Positions 20,003 through 28,369 of a stretch of DNA of 59,630 nt are shown in pieces; positions within the stretch are counted from its first letter, which is position 1, and each line of letters starts with the position of its first letter. The translations under genes and the position numbers were made by a program. The notes beneath the pieces were generated by a model, which worked only from the letters and a program-made list of their open reading frames with translations, ran no database searches and had not been told where the DNA came from. The DNA is from a virus. The stretch lies in the UHGV virus genome UHGV-1287413, one strand, 5' to 3'.

Positions 20003-20644
20003 TTACCTCCGGTGGAAGATATTCTTCATGCGGACAGTGCCCTGCTGCCCGCCAAACAATCTGTCAATGCCAGCCGACGCGATGCGCCTGTCGAACTCCT
20101 GCCGACAGCTGTCGGAGAAGGTCTGGCTGGTCCATGCTCGGCGGGGGATAGCGTACAGAAAATGGCGTGCGCCTGCCAGGATGGCTTCGTGGAACTTGTC
20201 ATGCAGTACGGCGTCCACCTCGCAGGCATCCTGCTCCGGGGCGACGGACACACGAACCATAATATTACTGCCTTCCGCTGGCGCAGGATGCAGCCAGATA
20301 CTCCCCTCGTTGCGGTCCCACCATGCCATACGATTAAGGCATGGGATGTGACACGGCTTGCTCGTGACGCGCTCATACGGAGCGCCACACGCTCGGCAAA
20401 TACCGCTGACACTTACGATGCGGGTGCAGTCCGGCGACTCCAGTAGATAGTTGGGCACGCATTGCTGAAGGCAGATTGTGATCTCCCGCTGCAATACGTG
20501 GCTACGTTCACAGAACTCAATCGCTGCCTTCCTGACATAGTGCATGAGAATGTCATCTGGCAACTCTGGAATTTCGAGCTGGAGTTCCGGCAAGAACACA
20601 GACAGCTCGACCTTCGGGTATGCGTCGTACACTACGGCATCCAT
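20003..20644 (-). CDS. hypothetical virion protein, 213 aa, Cys-rich
   Basis: ORF in the structural operon; ATGA overlap with the upstream gene. Confidence 0.4.
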   Translation of the reverse strand: MDAVVYDAYPKVELSVFLPELQLEIPELPDDILMHYVRKAAIEFCERSHVLQREITICLQQCVPNYLLESPDCTRIVSVSGICRACGAPYERVTSKPCHIPCLNRMAWWDRNEGSIWLHPAPAEGSNIMVRVSVAPEQDACEVDAVLHDKFHEAILAGARHFLYAIPRRAWTSQTFSDSCRQEFDRRIASAGIDRLFGGQQGTVRMKNIFHRR

Positions 20645-21315
20645 CAGTCTCTCTCCCGTTTATGGATAACGGTGGTAGTTTCTGCGGACAGTCCGAGTGC
20701 TTCAAAGAAAGCACGATAGTGAAGTTGTGCTGCGGCAGTAGCCCCGGTGGAGATTTCCATGTCCACGCTTTTCGCCCGCCACAATGCCCATTGCTTAACG
20801 GCCACCAGTGCCCCTGAAGGAATCTCGTAGCTGTCCGACTCCAGTTCTTCCTGGCTGGGACGATGGGAGCATTCAACCTCTACCCATACTTTGAAGCCAG
20901 GTGGGACTTCAGGCCAGAGATATAGGGTATCGGACACAGTGTCAATGGCATAACTCTCAAGTCTGAAGGTAGTTTGCCCTGGCTTGCGTTTCGGACGACA
21001 CGGCTTGCCAGTCCACTGGAACGAAATCTCCAGCCCACGTTGACGCAGCGTTCCAATCAGGCGACCCTTCTCAGTCACCTGGCCAATCACGCGGCGGATA
21101 CTATCGCAATCACAACTGTCCTGGATGATAGAACAGTTCTCGACCTCAATGATTACGCGCTCCATAAACAAATCCGGGCGTTTGTCGTACACAAGGCTAA
21201 TGCCCTCGCCGACCCACACCCGGATATCGTCTGCTGACCACGTAGTATTCTCGTGGCCATTTTCGCTGTCATTGAGGTCGCTAGTGATTTGCTCGACTAG
21301 CGACTCTAAAGACAT
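20644..21315 (-). CDS. hypothetical virion protein, 223 aa
   Basis: ORF in the structural operon. Confidence 0.4.
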   Translation of the reverse strand: MSLESLVEQITSDLNDSENGHENTTWSADDIRVWVGEGISLVYDKRPDLFMERVIIEVENCSIIQDSCDCDSIRRVIGQVTEKGRLIGTLRQRGLEISFQWTGKPCRPKRKPGQTTFRLESYAIDTVSDTLYLWPEVPPGFKVWVEVECSHRPSQEELESDSYEIPSGALVAVKQWALWRAKSVDMEISTGATAAAQLHYRAFFEALGLSAETTTVIHKRERD

Positions 21316-21324
21316 AGCAACTCC

Positions 21325-22026
21325 TTATTCCATAGCCGCCTGGAACGCAGCATTCAGGTCAGGTTCACCGCCAGCATCAGTAGCCTGGGTGTCAGCCACT
21401 TGCTCGACTGCTGGAGTCTCAGGAGCAGCTGGTTCTGCCGGAGCAGCCGGAGCGGCCTGTTCCTTCTTAGCAGCCGCGCCCTTCTTAGCGCTACCCTTCT
21501 TAGCAGCCGCAGCCTTCTTCTCAGTAGTCTGCGTTTCTTCAGGGGCAGGTGCTGGTTGCAGTTCCGCAAGCAGTTCCTGGCGCATACGCTCGCGTTCAGC
21601 GGCCAGACGTTCTTCCAGTTCAGCTTCAGCACGCGCACGTTCTTCACGGCGGATACGGCCTGTTTCTTCTGCTGCCGCAGCTTTCGCCTCGGCGGCATTA
21701 CGCGGGCCAACCGACTCTACACGACGCGCACGTTCTTCGCGCATGACAATAGCCTGCGGGTTATAGTACGGGTCGGCGTCGTCAGGGTTACGCGATCCTT
21801 CCAGGTTATAGCACCCAATCACCAGGTCAGAGCGCTCGGCCATCGCTTCGGTGTACGGGTGGATAACGCCTGTGTTCTTCTCCATCAGATACGGGAACTG
21901 GCCAGCGACGCGCTTAGGCATCTTGTCCGCCATCGCTTCGAGTTCTTCCTGACGTTCAGCAAATACAGAGCTGCTGCTACGCTCAAGTTCTTCTGCGCGG
22001 GATACTGGTTGTACCATCGTTGTCAC
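21325..22026 (-). CDS. hypothetical protein with a coiled-coil middle and a Lys/Ala-rich plus Pro/Ala/Glu-rich C-terminus
   Basis: RREERARAEAELEERLAAERERMRQELL then KKAAAAKKGSAKKGAAAKKEQAAPAAPAEPAAPETPA; underlying DNA holds tandem cttcttagc repeats at 21440-21540. Confidence 0.45.
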   Translation of the reverse strand: MTTMVQPVSRAEELERSSSSVFAERQEELEAMADKMPKRVAGQFPYLMEKNTGVIHPYTEAMAERSDLVIGCYNLEGSRNPDDADPYYNPQAIVMREERARRVESVGPRNAAEAKAAAAEETGRIRREERARAEAELEERLAAERERMRQELLAELQPAPAPEETQTTEKKAAAAKKGSAKKGAAAKKEQAAPAAPAEPAAPETPAVEQVADTQATDAGGEPDLNAAFQAAME

Positions 22027-22029
22027 CTC

Positions 22030-22230
22030 TTACTTCGGTGCGCGTAACCCGGTAACTGCTTTGGGATTACGACGCTGTGATTTATGCCCCATGTTACCAG
22101 CCTTCAGACGGGTAACTACTGTACTCTTTGTACCCAGCGAATTGCTGCCCATCCCGCCAGCGCGGAGCTTAGTGGACGGACGACCTTTCGGGGTATGCGC
22201 TTGTGTCGCAGTCAGACCAATCGTTTTCAT
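22030..22230 (-). CDS. small basic protein, 66 aa
   Basis: RBS gaggaaagg directly after the intrinsic terminator; rich in K, R and G. Confidence 0.35.
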   Translation of the reverse strand: MKTIGLTATQAHTPKGRPSTKLRAGGMGSNSLGTKSTVVTRLKAGNMGHKSQRRNPKAVTGLRAPK

Positions 22231-22241
22231 AGCCTTTCCTC

Positions 22242-22269
22242 AATAAAAAGGGAGCCTGTGACAGCTCCC
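22242..22269 (-). terminator. rho-independent terminator on the minus strand after the 221-aa gene
   Basis: Minus-strand RNA gggagc-ugucacag-gcuccc followed by uuuuuauu. Confidence 0.6.
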
Positions 22270-22300
22270 AATATAGCTCACTTCACACTCACCGTCTACA

Positions 22301-22966
22301 TTAGACAGCGGACGGAATGTCGAAGCCGGACACTTTCGCCACCAGGGAAGCCGAAGCCTGCATGAGCGAGAACTTCTGCGTAGTGTCGGTAGGCAGCGCA
22401 GTGACTTTGAAGCCCAGGACCAGAGTCTTACCAGTCGGTACAAAGTATCCGCCTTCAGTGGTAATGGTCTGCTCCGGGGTGCGGCCCACTACAGTGCCGT
22501 CCGTCGCTTTCACATCCGCAGCTGGGATGGTGATGCTGGATGCTTTGAGCTGCGCGAAAGCAACATGCTTCTCTACGAGAGTCAGGTTGTCAAACAGCGC
22601 GTCGAGCACGTCAGAGTCGGTGTACTCCCCGGTAGCGGAGTCGTACAACTTCGCAGACGGCTTCAGCGTGGCACCAGCGAAGCGGGCGTCAATGTCATCC
22701 ACACGAGCCAGTACGCTGGTCAGCAGGTGTTCCTGCGGTACAACGTACAGCATGATCAAGTCGCCTACCTTCAGGTCAGCGTCACCCAGCTCAACGCGCT
22801 GGTAGTTCTGCTCTTTCGGGTTCAGCGGCCAACCCAGGGTGAACTCGCCGTTCGCGTATTCGTATGCCACACGGCGTGCGTGCGGCTCACGATACTGGTT
22901 ACGGCCATCCGGGTTAGGGAACAGCGGGTTAGGTGTACCGCCAATAAACAGTTTTACATCGGCCAT
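22301..22966 (-). CDS. abundant virion protein candidate (head decoration or tail tube), 221 aa
   Basis: Immediately downstream of the capsid gene and followed by a strong terminator; start sits inside ggagagTAATATTATGGCC. The track gives a longer ORF from 23014 that overlaps the capsid gene. Confidence 0.5.
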   Translation of the reverse strand: MADVKLFIGGTPNPLFPNPDGRNQYREPHARRVAYEYANGEFTLGWPLNPKEQNYQRVELGDADLKVGDLIMLYVVPQEHLLTSVLARVDDIDARFAGATLKPSAKLYDSATGEYTDSDVLDALFDNLTLVEKHVAFAQLKASSITIPAADVKATDGTVVGRTPEQTITTEGGYFVPTGKTLVLGFKVTALPTDTTQKFSLMQASASLVAKVSGFDIPSAV

Positions 22967-22970
22967 AATA

Positions 22971-23924
22971 TTACTCTCCGAAGGTCCAGTAGCCAATCGC
23001 CAGGGCGTCGTCAAAGATCGCCTTGCCGCCCCATACTGCCAGCATCTGGTATTCGACGCCGAAGGTACGAGATGGCTCTACCAGACGGCCTTCGATAATA
23101 TCGGCGGCAAAGGCATACGCTTCACGGTGGCCCGCGATGATGTAGTACGCCAGCTCGCCTGTGCTATCTACAGCAGTCGGCGCGTAGGTAGATTCGATGA
23201 CGTTGAAGCCCCACAGTTTCTTCGGCAGCAGGCCGTCGATATTCATGGAGCAGCTTACGCAGTCGCCCATCCAGTCTGCGCGTGCATACGGAGACATGGA
23301 CAGCACTTCTTTCAGTGCAGTCGGGATGATGACGAACATCTTGTCTTCTTCCCAACGCTGGCGGTCACGCAGGATACGTTGCAGACGAGCGAATGCACGC
23401 TGTACGTTTTCCGGTGTCACAGTCAGCGGAGCACCAGGCTGTCCCAGCTGTACGTCGCCACGGATACCCGCGTTGTTACCTTTGTTCTCCGGCGAGGCTT
23501 CCAGCACCATCGCAGTCAGAACCCAGGTACGCCACATCTCAGTCAGAGACTGATAGGTAGATTCCAGGAAGGATGCTTCCCAGGCGGACCAGCGTTCGCA
23601 CGCACGCTTGATATCCATCTTGTCGATTTTGATATCCTGGTACGCCGCGTTGCAGATTTCCAGAGTGAAGCCTTCAGGCGTCAGCTGGTTAGCGATCAGT
23701 TCCTGGTTCTTTTCGTAACGACGCCATTTGCCGACTTTCGGCTGGCGAACGAATTGAACCGTCTGATTACACTCAGTCAGACGCTCGTCGATTTCGGTAT
23801 TGGTGATTTCTGGAAGGAAGTCGCGCTCCCACGCCTGCGCAATAATCTGGTTGTAATAACCAATTTGCGCTAACGGGGTAGACTCCAGGCCACCATAACC
23901 CGATGCAGATTTAAAGCCAGGCAT
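22971..23924 (-). CDS. major capsid protein (HK97-fold candidate)
   Basis: 317 aa, located directly after the scaffold gene; RBS aggagttattATG; size and composition typical of podovirus or siphovirus major capsid proteins. Confidence 0.6.
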   Translation of the reverse strand: MPGFKSASGYGGLESTPLAQIGYYNQIIAQAWERDFLPEITNTEIDERLTECNQTVQFVRQPKVGKWRRYEKNQELIANQLTPEGFTLEICNAAYQDIKIDKMDIKRACERWSAWEASFLESTYQSLTEMWRTWVLTAMVLEASPENKGNNAGIRGDVQLGQPGAPLTVTPENVQRAFARLQRILRDRQRWEEDKMFVIIPTALKEVLSMSPYARADWMGDCVSCSMNIDGLLPKKLWGFNVIESTYAPTAVDSTGELAYYIIAGHREAYAFAADIIEGRLVEPSRTFGVEYQMLAVWGGKAIFDDALAIGYWTFGE

Positions 23925-23941
23925 AATAACTCCTATTTAGC

Positions 23942-25024
23942 TTATTTGGCGGGAGCGCGTGCTGCCCGATACTTAGCCATGTTTTCGCGGAACTCGGCGC
24001 GGGTCATATCCCCGGTCACCAGCATAGCGTTCCACTTTGCCACATCATCCTCAGTGAACTGCGGTTCGTCATCCGCGCCGCTCGCTGGTTCAGACCCTGT
24101 GCCCGCCGCCTGTACAGACGCTACATCTTCGAGGCTCGGACGACCTTTCTTAAACTCGTTGATTGCCTGAATAACAAAGTCGGCATTGCCGCTATGGTAC
24201 TCATCCGCAATCAATTTCTCCAGCTTTAATGAAGAACCACGCACGGTTGAGTTCAAGAACTGGTTAAATTCTTTCGTCTGGCGCAGCTGTGCGAAGTCTG
24301 GATGCGCCGCGAAAATCTTGTTGTTGGTGGCGTTGCGCATAGCATTACGCTCACCTTCAGTCATGCGAGACACCAGCTGCTCACGCTCTTTGCGGTCAGC
24401 TTCCAGAGTGCTCTGCACTTCGGCCAGACGCTTCTCAAACGCCTGCTGCTGGCGCTCCAGCACCGGGCGGATAACCTTCGCCCCAATCTCCTGAGCCGCT
24501 GCCGGGTCGATGGTTTCCATCTCCAGACCTTCCAGGCTCATCAGCTGGTCAACTTCCAGCTTACGACGAAGTGCGCGGAGTTCTTCCAACTCCTGCTGTT
24601 CTGCCTGGTGACGTTCGAGTGCCTGCTGCTGTGCGGCTGTCAGCTCGCCGTTCTGTGTGCGGAGCTGTTCAATCTCTTGCTGGAGCTGGAGTTCACGCTC
24701 GCTCGGTTGCGACGGGTCCGCCGCCACCGGAGCAGCTGGGTCCAGCCCGAAGTCAAAGATGTTGAGGTCAACAGGTGCTGCTGGTGCAGGCGCTGCTGGC
24801 TCTGCCGGAGCTGGTGCAGGCGCTGGTGCCGCTGGCTCTGCCGGAGCTGGTGCTGCTGGCTCTGCTGGTGCCGGGGCCGCTGGCTCTGAGCCAGGTTCGC
24901 TATATACCGCAGCATTCTGCTCACGGAATTGTTTTGCCGCGTCTACGCCATGATGACGGCGTGGGGCGATCTTCACTTCATCTACCATCGGTGCCTCCCA
25001 CAGTAAGTCTGTCGAGTAGTTCAA
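23942..25024 (-). CDS. scaffolding protein candidate with an N-terminal Pro/Ala/Glu tandem repeat
   Basis: Repeats of PAPAEPAA; a long, alpha-helical, charged, coiled-coil-like body (QELEELRALRRKLE...); position between portal-associated genes and the capsid gene. Confidence 0.5.
   Translation of the reverse strand: MNYSTDLLWEAPMVDEVKIAPRRHHGVDAAKQFREQNAAVYSEPGSEPAAPAPAEPAAPAPAEPAAPAPAPAPAEPAAPAPAAPVDLNIFDFGLDPAAPVAADPSQPSERELQLQQEIEQLRTQNGELTAAQQQALERHQAEQQELEELRALRRKLEVDQLMSLEGLEMETIDPAAAQEIGAKVIRPVLERQQQAFEKRLAEVQSTLEADRKEREQLVSRMTEGERNAMRNATNNKIFAAHPDFAQLRQTKEFNQFLNSTVRGSSLKLEKLIADEYHSGNADFVIQAINEFKKGRPSLEDVASVQAAGTGSEPASGADDEPQFTEDDVAKWNAMLVTGDMTRAEFRENMAKYRAARAPAK
24775..24900 (-). repeat. 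tandem 36-nt repeats, ctgccggagctggtgcaggcgctggtgccgctggct, encoding the PAPAEPAA repeats of the scaffold-like protein
   Basis: At least three consecutive near-identical units on the + strand. Confidence 0.6.
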
Positions 25025-25235
25025 TTACATCATTCAGAGCTTTAACCTGTCCAGAAGCAGTGAGTGCTGCCGGACGCACTGACTCGTCGAACACAGTTCG
25101 CGATGCAGCTACGTTAAACTCCTGTACACATTTGTCCCGGTGTTGCTTGAGCGCCGTGACAAACGCACCAAACCCTGCCTCATTACGGGGCAGGGTAAGC
25201 ATAAGGTCCGCTTCGCGTTTGCCAGGCTTAATCAT
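24978..25235 (-). CDS. hypothetical 85-aa protein
   Basis: ORF whose start overlaps the stop of the upstream small ORF (ATGA). Confidence 0.4.
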   Translation of the reverse strand: MIKPGKREADLMLTLPRNEAGFGAFVTALKQHRDKCVQEFNVAASRTVFDESVRPAALTASGQVKALNDVIELLDRLTVGGTDGR

Positions 25236-25387
25236 TTGCTGTTCCAGCGCAAGCCAGTCACACGGCTGCGTCCACGGTCATTGTTGCTGGCGGAACCAGA
25301 ACGAGCAGGCTGGGACTGGTTAACGGGTTTCCCAACGGTGCTACGCATTGGGCGACGCGCTTTATTACCACATGCTGCACAAGCCAT
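25232..25387 (-). CDS. small basic protein, 51 aa (MACAACGNKARRPMRST...); not in the ORF track
   Basis: Start embedded in cggggATAATATTATGGCT; stop overlaps the next ATG (ATGA). Confidence 0.3.
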   Translation of the reverse strand: MACAACGNKARRPMRSTVGKPVNQSQPARSGSASNNDRGRSRVTGLRWNSK

Positions 25388-25391
25388 AATA

Positions 25392-25565
25392 TTATCCCCG
25401 ATTGAATTTCATGTTAGCCAGCTTCTGAAAGCCTGGGCGGGTGTTGATTTTGTGGCAACGCTTATCTTGCCGCATCATCTCACGCATCTCGTCCCGCTCG
25501 GCCAGGAACTGGCGACGATCACAAGTCGGCTCAAAGAGCGGCATTGCCATTGGTCGTCTTGCCAT
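25392..25565 (-). CDS. small basic protein, 57 aa (MARRPMAMPLFEPTCDRRQF...); not in the ORF track
   Basis: RBS ggaggcagttATG; preceded on the minus strand by the hairpin gccccc-uguuuau-gggggc. Confidence 0.3.
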   Translation of the reverse strand: MARRPMAMPLFEPTCDRRQFLAERDEMREMMRQDKRCHKINTRPGFQKLANMKFNRG

Positions 25566-25623
25566 AACTGCCTCCAGTTAAGCCCCCATAAACAGGGGGC
25601 GCTTATATACTAACAGAGATTTA

Positions 25624-26817
25624 TCATCCCTTCCAAGCCGGGATGATATGTTTGCCGATGCGGACATAATAATCCGGCTTACCCAGCAGCTGGTCGCGGC
25701 CACCCACGATGGTCGTCGGAAGCTCTGTCTGCGTCGTTACTGCTGGCAGCAGACGGGCGTCGATATCCGTGTCCAGGTTAGTGCGGAGCGGGTCTTCGTC
25801 CGTGCCGTTACCCAGGATGGTTTCCTTATCAGTCACCACGCGGCCACGGGTATTCAGCAGTTCTTCGAACCGCGCGTCAATGCAAGGCTGCAACGATGCA
25901 CACAGGTTACCAATCGCTTCCGCATCCAGCGTCAGATTACCGTTGATGGTAGTGTCGCCGTTCAGTGTAGTGTTGGTCCAGGTGTTGTTGGTCCCGTGAC
26001 TGTTGTTGATCTCCGCGCCTTCGATGTGCAGGCAGCACAGCTTACCGCTGGTCAGCGCATCATTGACAACATCAGTAATCTTCTGCGCCAATGCTTCGCC
26101 GATGGCGTTCGCCGCGTCCAGGTCCAGCTTGACCGCGCCAGAGATATCCGGGGCAACCAGCTTCAGACCTTCATGACTGTTGTTCTTGACAATATCAAGG
26201 ACACAATCGGTCAGCTTAGAGCAGATGCCATCCACGATACTCTGTGCAGCGGTATCATCCAGAGACACAGAACCCTTCAGGTTCAAGCCGTCGATGCTCG
26301 CATTGCTCAGGCGAATGGCGTCGATGACACCTGCGGTAAGCACACTGAGAACGTAGCTGTCCAGATGCTGGCTCACCGCCGAGGCGATGGCTTTCGAGGC
26401 GTCAAGGTCTAACGTCACAGAACCAGTAACAGACAGCCCCGTAACCTTCATCCCCTCGACTTCCAGACCTTTCAGTACGTTGTCCTGCACAGCAGTGATG
26501 ATGCAGTCCTTCATCCCGGAGCAGATGTTGGTGATGACAGAGTTGATAGCGTCTGCATCCATCATCACCGCGCCTTTCAGCTGGGTGTTAATCAGGGTCA
26601 TGCCCGTCAGGGTAGCTCCCTCAACGGCTTCCAGGATGCAGTCGTGCAGGATTGGGCACAAGCGGTTGGCCAGCTGGCTGGCTGTAGTGTCGTCCAGGGT
26701 CACGCCGTCATTAAGCGTGACGCCCTTCAACACACCGCCGATGATTTCCGGGTCCAGGATTTGCGGCTGGTTGATAGTGCCGCCGTCCTGGTACGCGTTT
26801 TCACAGCAGTTGTTCAT
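25624..26817 (-). CDS. virion or decoration protein candidate with six tandem repeats of about 50 aa, each carrying a Cys pair (IC..L.DCIL)
   Basis: Repeated pattern G.L.G.TLD...A..IA..LC..L.DCI(L/I).AV seen six times (C54/C60, C99/C105, C200/C206, C262/C263, C315/C321 and so on). Confidence 0.5.
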   Translation of the reverse strand: MNNCCENAYQDGGTINQPQILDPEIIGGVLKGVTLNDGVTLDDTTASQLANRLCPILHDCILEAVEGATLTGMTLINTQLKGAVMMDADAINSVITNICSGMKDCIITAVQDNVLKGLEVEGMKVTGLSVTGSVTLDLDASKAIASAVSQHLDSYVLSVLTAGVIDAIRLSNASIDGLNLKGSVSLDDTAAQSIVDGICSKLTDCVLDIVKNNSHEGLKLVAPDISGAVKLDLDAANAIGEALAQKITDVVNDALTSGKLCCLHIEGAEINNSHGTNNTWTNTTLNGDTTINGNLTLDAEAIGNLCASLQPCIDARFEELLNTRGRVVTDKETILGNGTDEDPLRTNLDTDIDARLLPAVTTQTELPTTIVGGRDQLLGKPDYYVRIGKHIIPAWKG

Positions 26818-26820
26818 AGG

Positions 26821-27279
26821 TTACTCCCCAAAAATAATGTTGCGCGGCACTTGCCCCGACTCTTTCGCGTTGTAGCGAACCAGGCCGAGAATAACATTGC
26901 CCAATCCACCACGGTCATTTAACCGCACGCGGTATGTTCCGGGCAACATGATCGCACCCAGGTTTTGACACGCGTTAAGGTTCCACATCCCGCACTGTGT
27001 TACATCTTCGGCGTAAGCATACTCCGGCTCGAAGCCGAGGCCAATGTCTTCGTCGTCACAGTTGCAGTTGCACATGTCCTTCGTGAAGATACCGCCCCCA
27101 CGGAACGCCAGCTTCTGGACGACAAACATCTGCGGGGTGTTCTTCGGCTCGTTCGGCTCGCGCAGCACCTTGTTTCCGAGGTTGTATGCAGACAGCACGC
27201 CGATGCTGCCGGGGAAAATAGTGAACGCGACACTGTACTCGCTCTCACTAAACTCGTCGAAAAGTTGCAGGTAACGCAT
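26821..27279 (-). CDS. hypothetical protein; paralog of 27289-27795 (shared LPGTYRVRLND and GMWNLNA blocks)
   Basis: 152 aa; CNCNCDD Cys cluster; lies between the portal and scaffold genes. Confidence 0.45.
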   Translation of the reverse strand: MRYLQLFDEFSESEYSVAFTIFPGSIGVLSAYNLGNKVLREPNEPKNTPQMFVVQKLAFRGGGIFTKDMCNCNCDDEDIGLGFEPEYAYAEDVTQCGMWNLNACQNLGAIMLPGTYRVRLNDRGGLGNVILGLVRYNAKESGQVPRNIIFGE

Positions 27280-27288
27280 ACTCCCCCC

Positions 27289-27795
27289 TTACACTGGAGC
27301 TCTCATAATATTAAGGCCCGCGACATACCCATCCGGGATGGTGGTCTTAACTTTGCCCAGCTCCACCAGCTCGACGTGGACGCTGCCGAGGTACTGGTCA
27401 TCGTTCAACACCAGCATGTAGGTGCCTGGCAATGTCAGGACCAGACGGCGGTTCGCCGCGTTCATTGCCCACACATTACCGCCCAGCATCATCGGCTCAC
27501 GGAAGCGAATATCAGCTGCCCCCTGCCCCATCAGCGTCGGGCCACACGGTGAGCAACACCCACCACCCTGCTGCACTGCGCGACTACCCACGCTAACGCC
27601 CTCAACGACGAACTCTGCCCCCTCTGGCACCATGTACGCTACCAGCATCACAGGCTGGTCAGCACGCACAATGATGAGGCCAGATTGCAGGAACGTACTG
27701 GACTGGTCAAACAGTACCTGGTGCTCGCCCTGGACCGAGCGGTTGTCGTCACAGGACGATCCTCTCCCGGTGTAGTGGCCACCAGTATCAATCAT
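27289..27795 (-). CDS. hypothetical protein; paralog of 26821-27279 (GNVWAMNAANRRLVLTLPGTYMLVLND)
   Basis: Track ORF extends to 27870; the first ATG that does not overlap the upstream gene (MIDTGG) is at 27795. Confidence 0.4.
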   Translation of the reverse strand: MIDTGGHYTGRGSSCDDNRSVQGEHQVLFDQSSTFLQSGLIIVRADQPVMLVAYMVPEGAEFVVEGVSVGSRAVQQGGGCCSPCGPTLMGQGAADIRFREPMMLGGNVWAMNAANRRLVLTLPGTYMLVLNDDQYLGSVHVELVELGKVKTTIPDGYVAGLNIMRAPV

Positions 27796-27797
27796 GC

Positions 27798-28091
27798 TCA
27801 TAAGAATACTCCCCACACGATAAGCATAAACACTACGCCATAGATAAAGCCCCGGATACCGGAGCAACACCAGCAGTCAGGGAACAGATAACACATCACC
27901 CGCCAGGCGAATGAGTCTTCATCGCTGTGGCAAGGATTGTGGCGGCGCACAAAACCAGAAAGCCGCTGGAACCAGCGACTGTTCAGGATACGTTCCATTG
28001 GCAATACTTTGTTGGCCACCATCACCAGGTCGAGCAGGAGTCCATCCCACTCGACTTCCTCCAGTTTGATAGGTTTTCGTTCCGCCATCAC
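27798..28091 (-). CDS. small Cys-rich protein with a C-terminal transmembrane anchor
   Basis: C-terminal GFIYGVVFMLIVWGVFL; CWCC motif. Confidence 0.35.
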   Translation of the reverse strand: MMAERKPIKLEEVEWDGLLLDLVMVANKVLPMERILNSRWFQRLSGFVRRHNPCHSDEDSFAWRVMCYLFPDCWCCSGIRGFIYGVVFMLIVWGVFL

Positions 28092-28369
28092 AGCCCCCGT
28101 AACTTACGCACCATCTGATACATCTGGCGTGCCACGCTGACGAACGTCTGCCAGCTGGTATCGTCAGCCATCGGCTCCACGACTACCGGGTTCTCCCAAT
28201 AGACACGGCGAATGTTACCGACGAACCCGCCAGTTGAAAAGCGCTGGCGACGGCCAGCCCCGAAATCCACGACAAAAGATAAGTCCGGTTCTACGGAGAT
28301 AATCTTCCCGTAGCCCAGGTTCATGTCATAGACCTGCTTGCCCACTACGGGCGCGGTTCCGTTAATCAT
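28088..28369 (-). CDS. hypothetical 93-aa protein
   Basis: ATGA overlaps on both sides. Confidence 0.4.
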   Translation of the reverse strand: MINGTAPVVGKQVYDMNLGYGKIISVEPDLSFVVDFGAGRRQRFSTGGFVGNIRRVYWENPVVVEPMADDTSWQTFVSVARQMYQMVRKLRGL

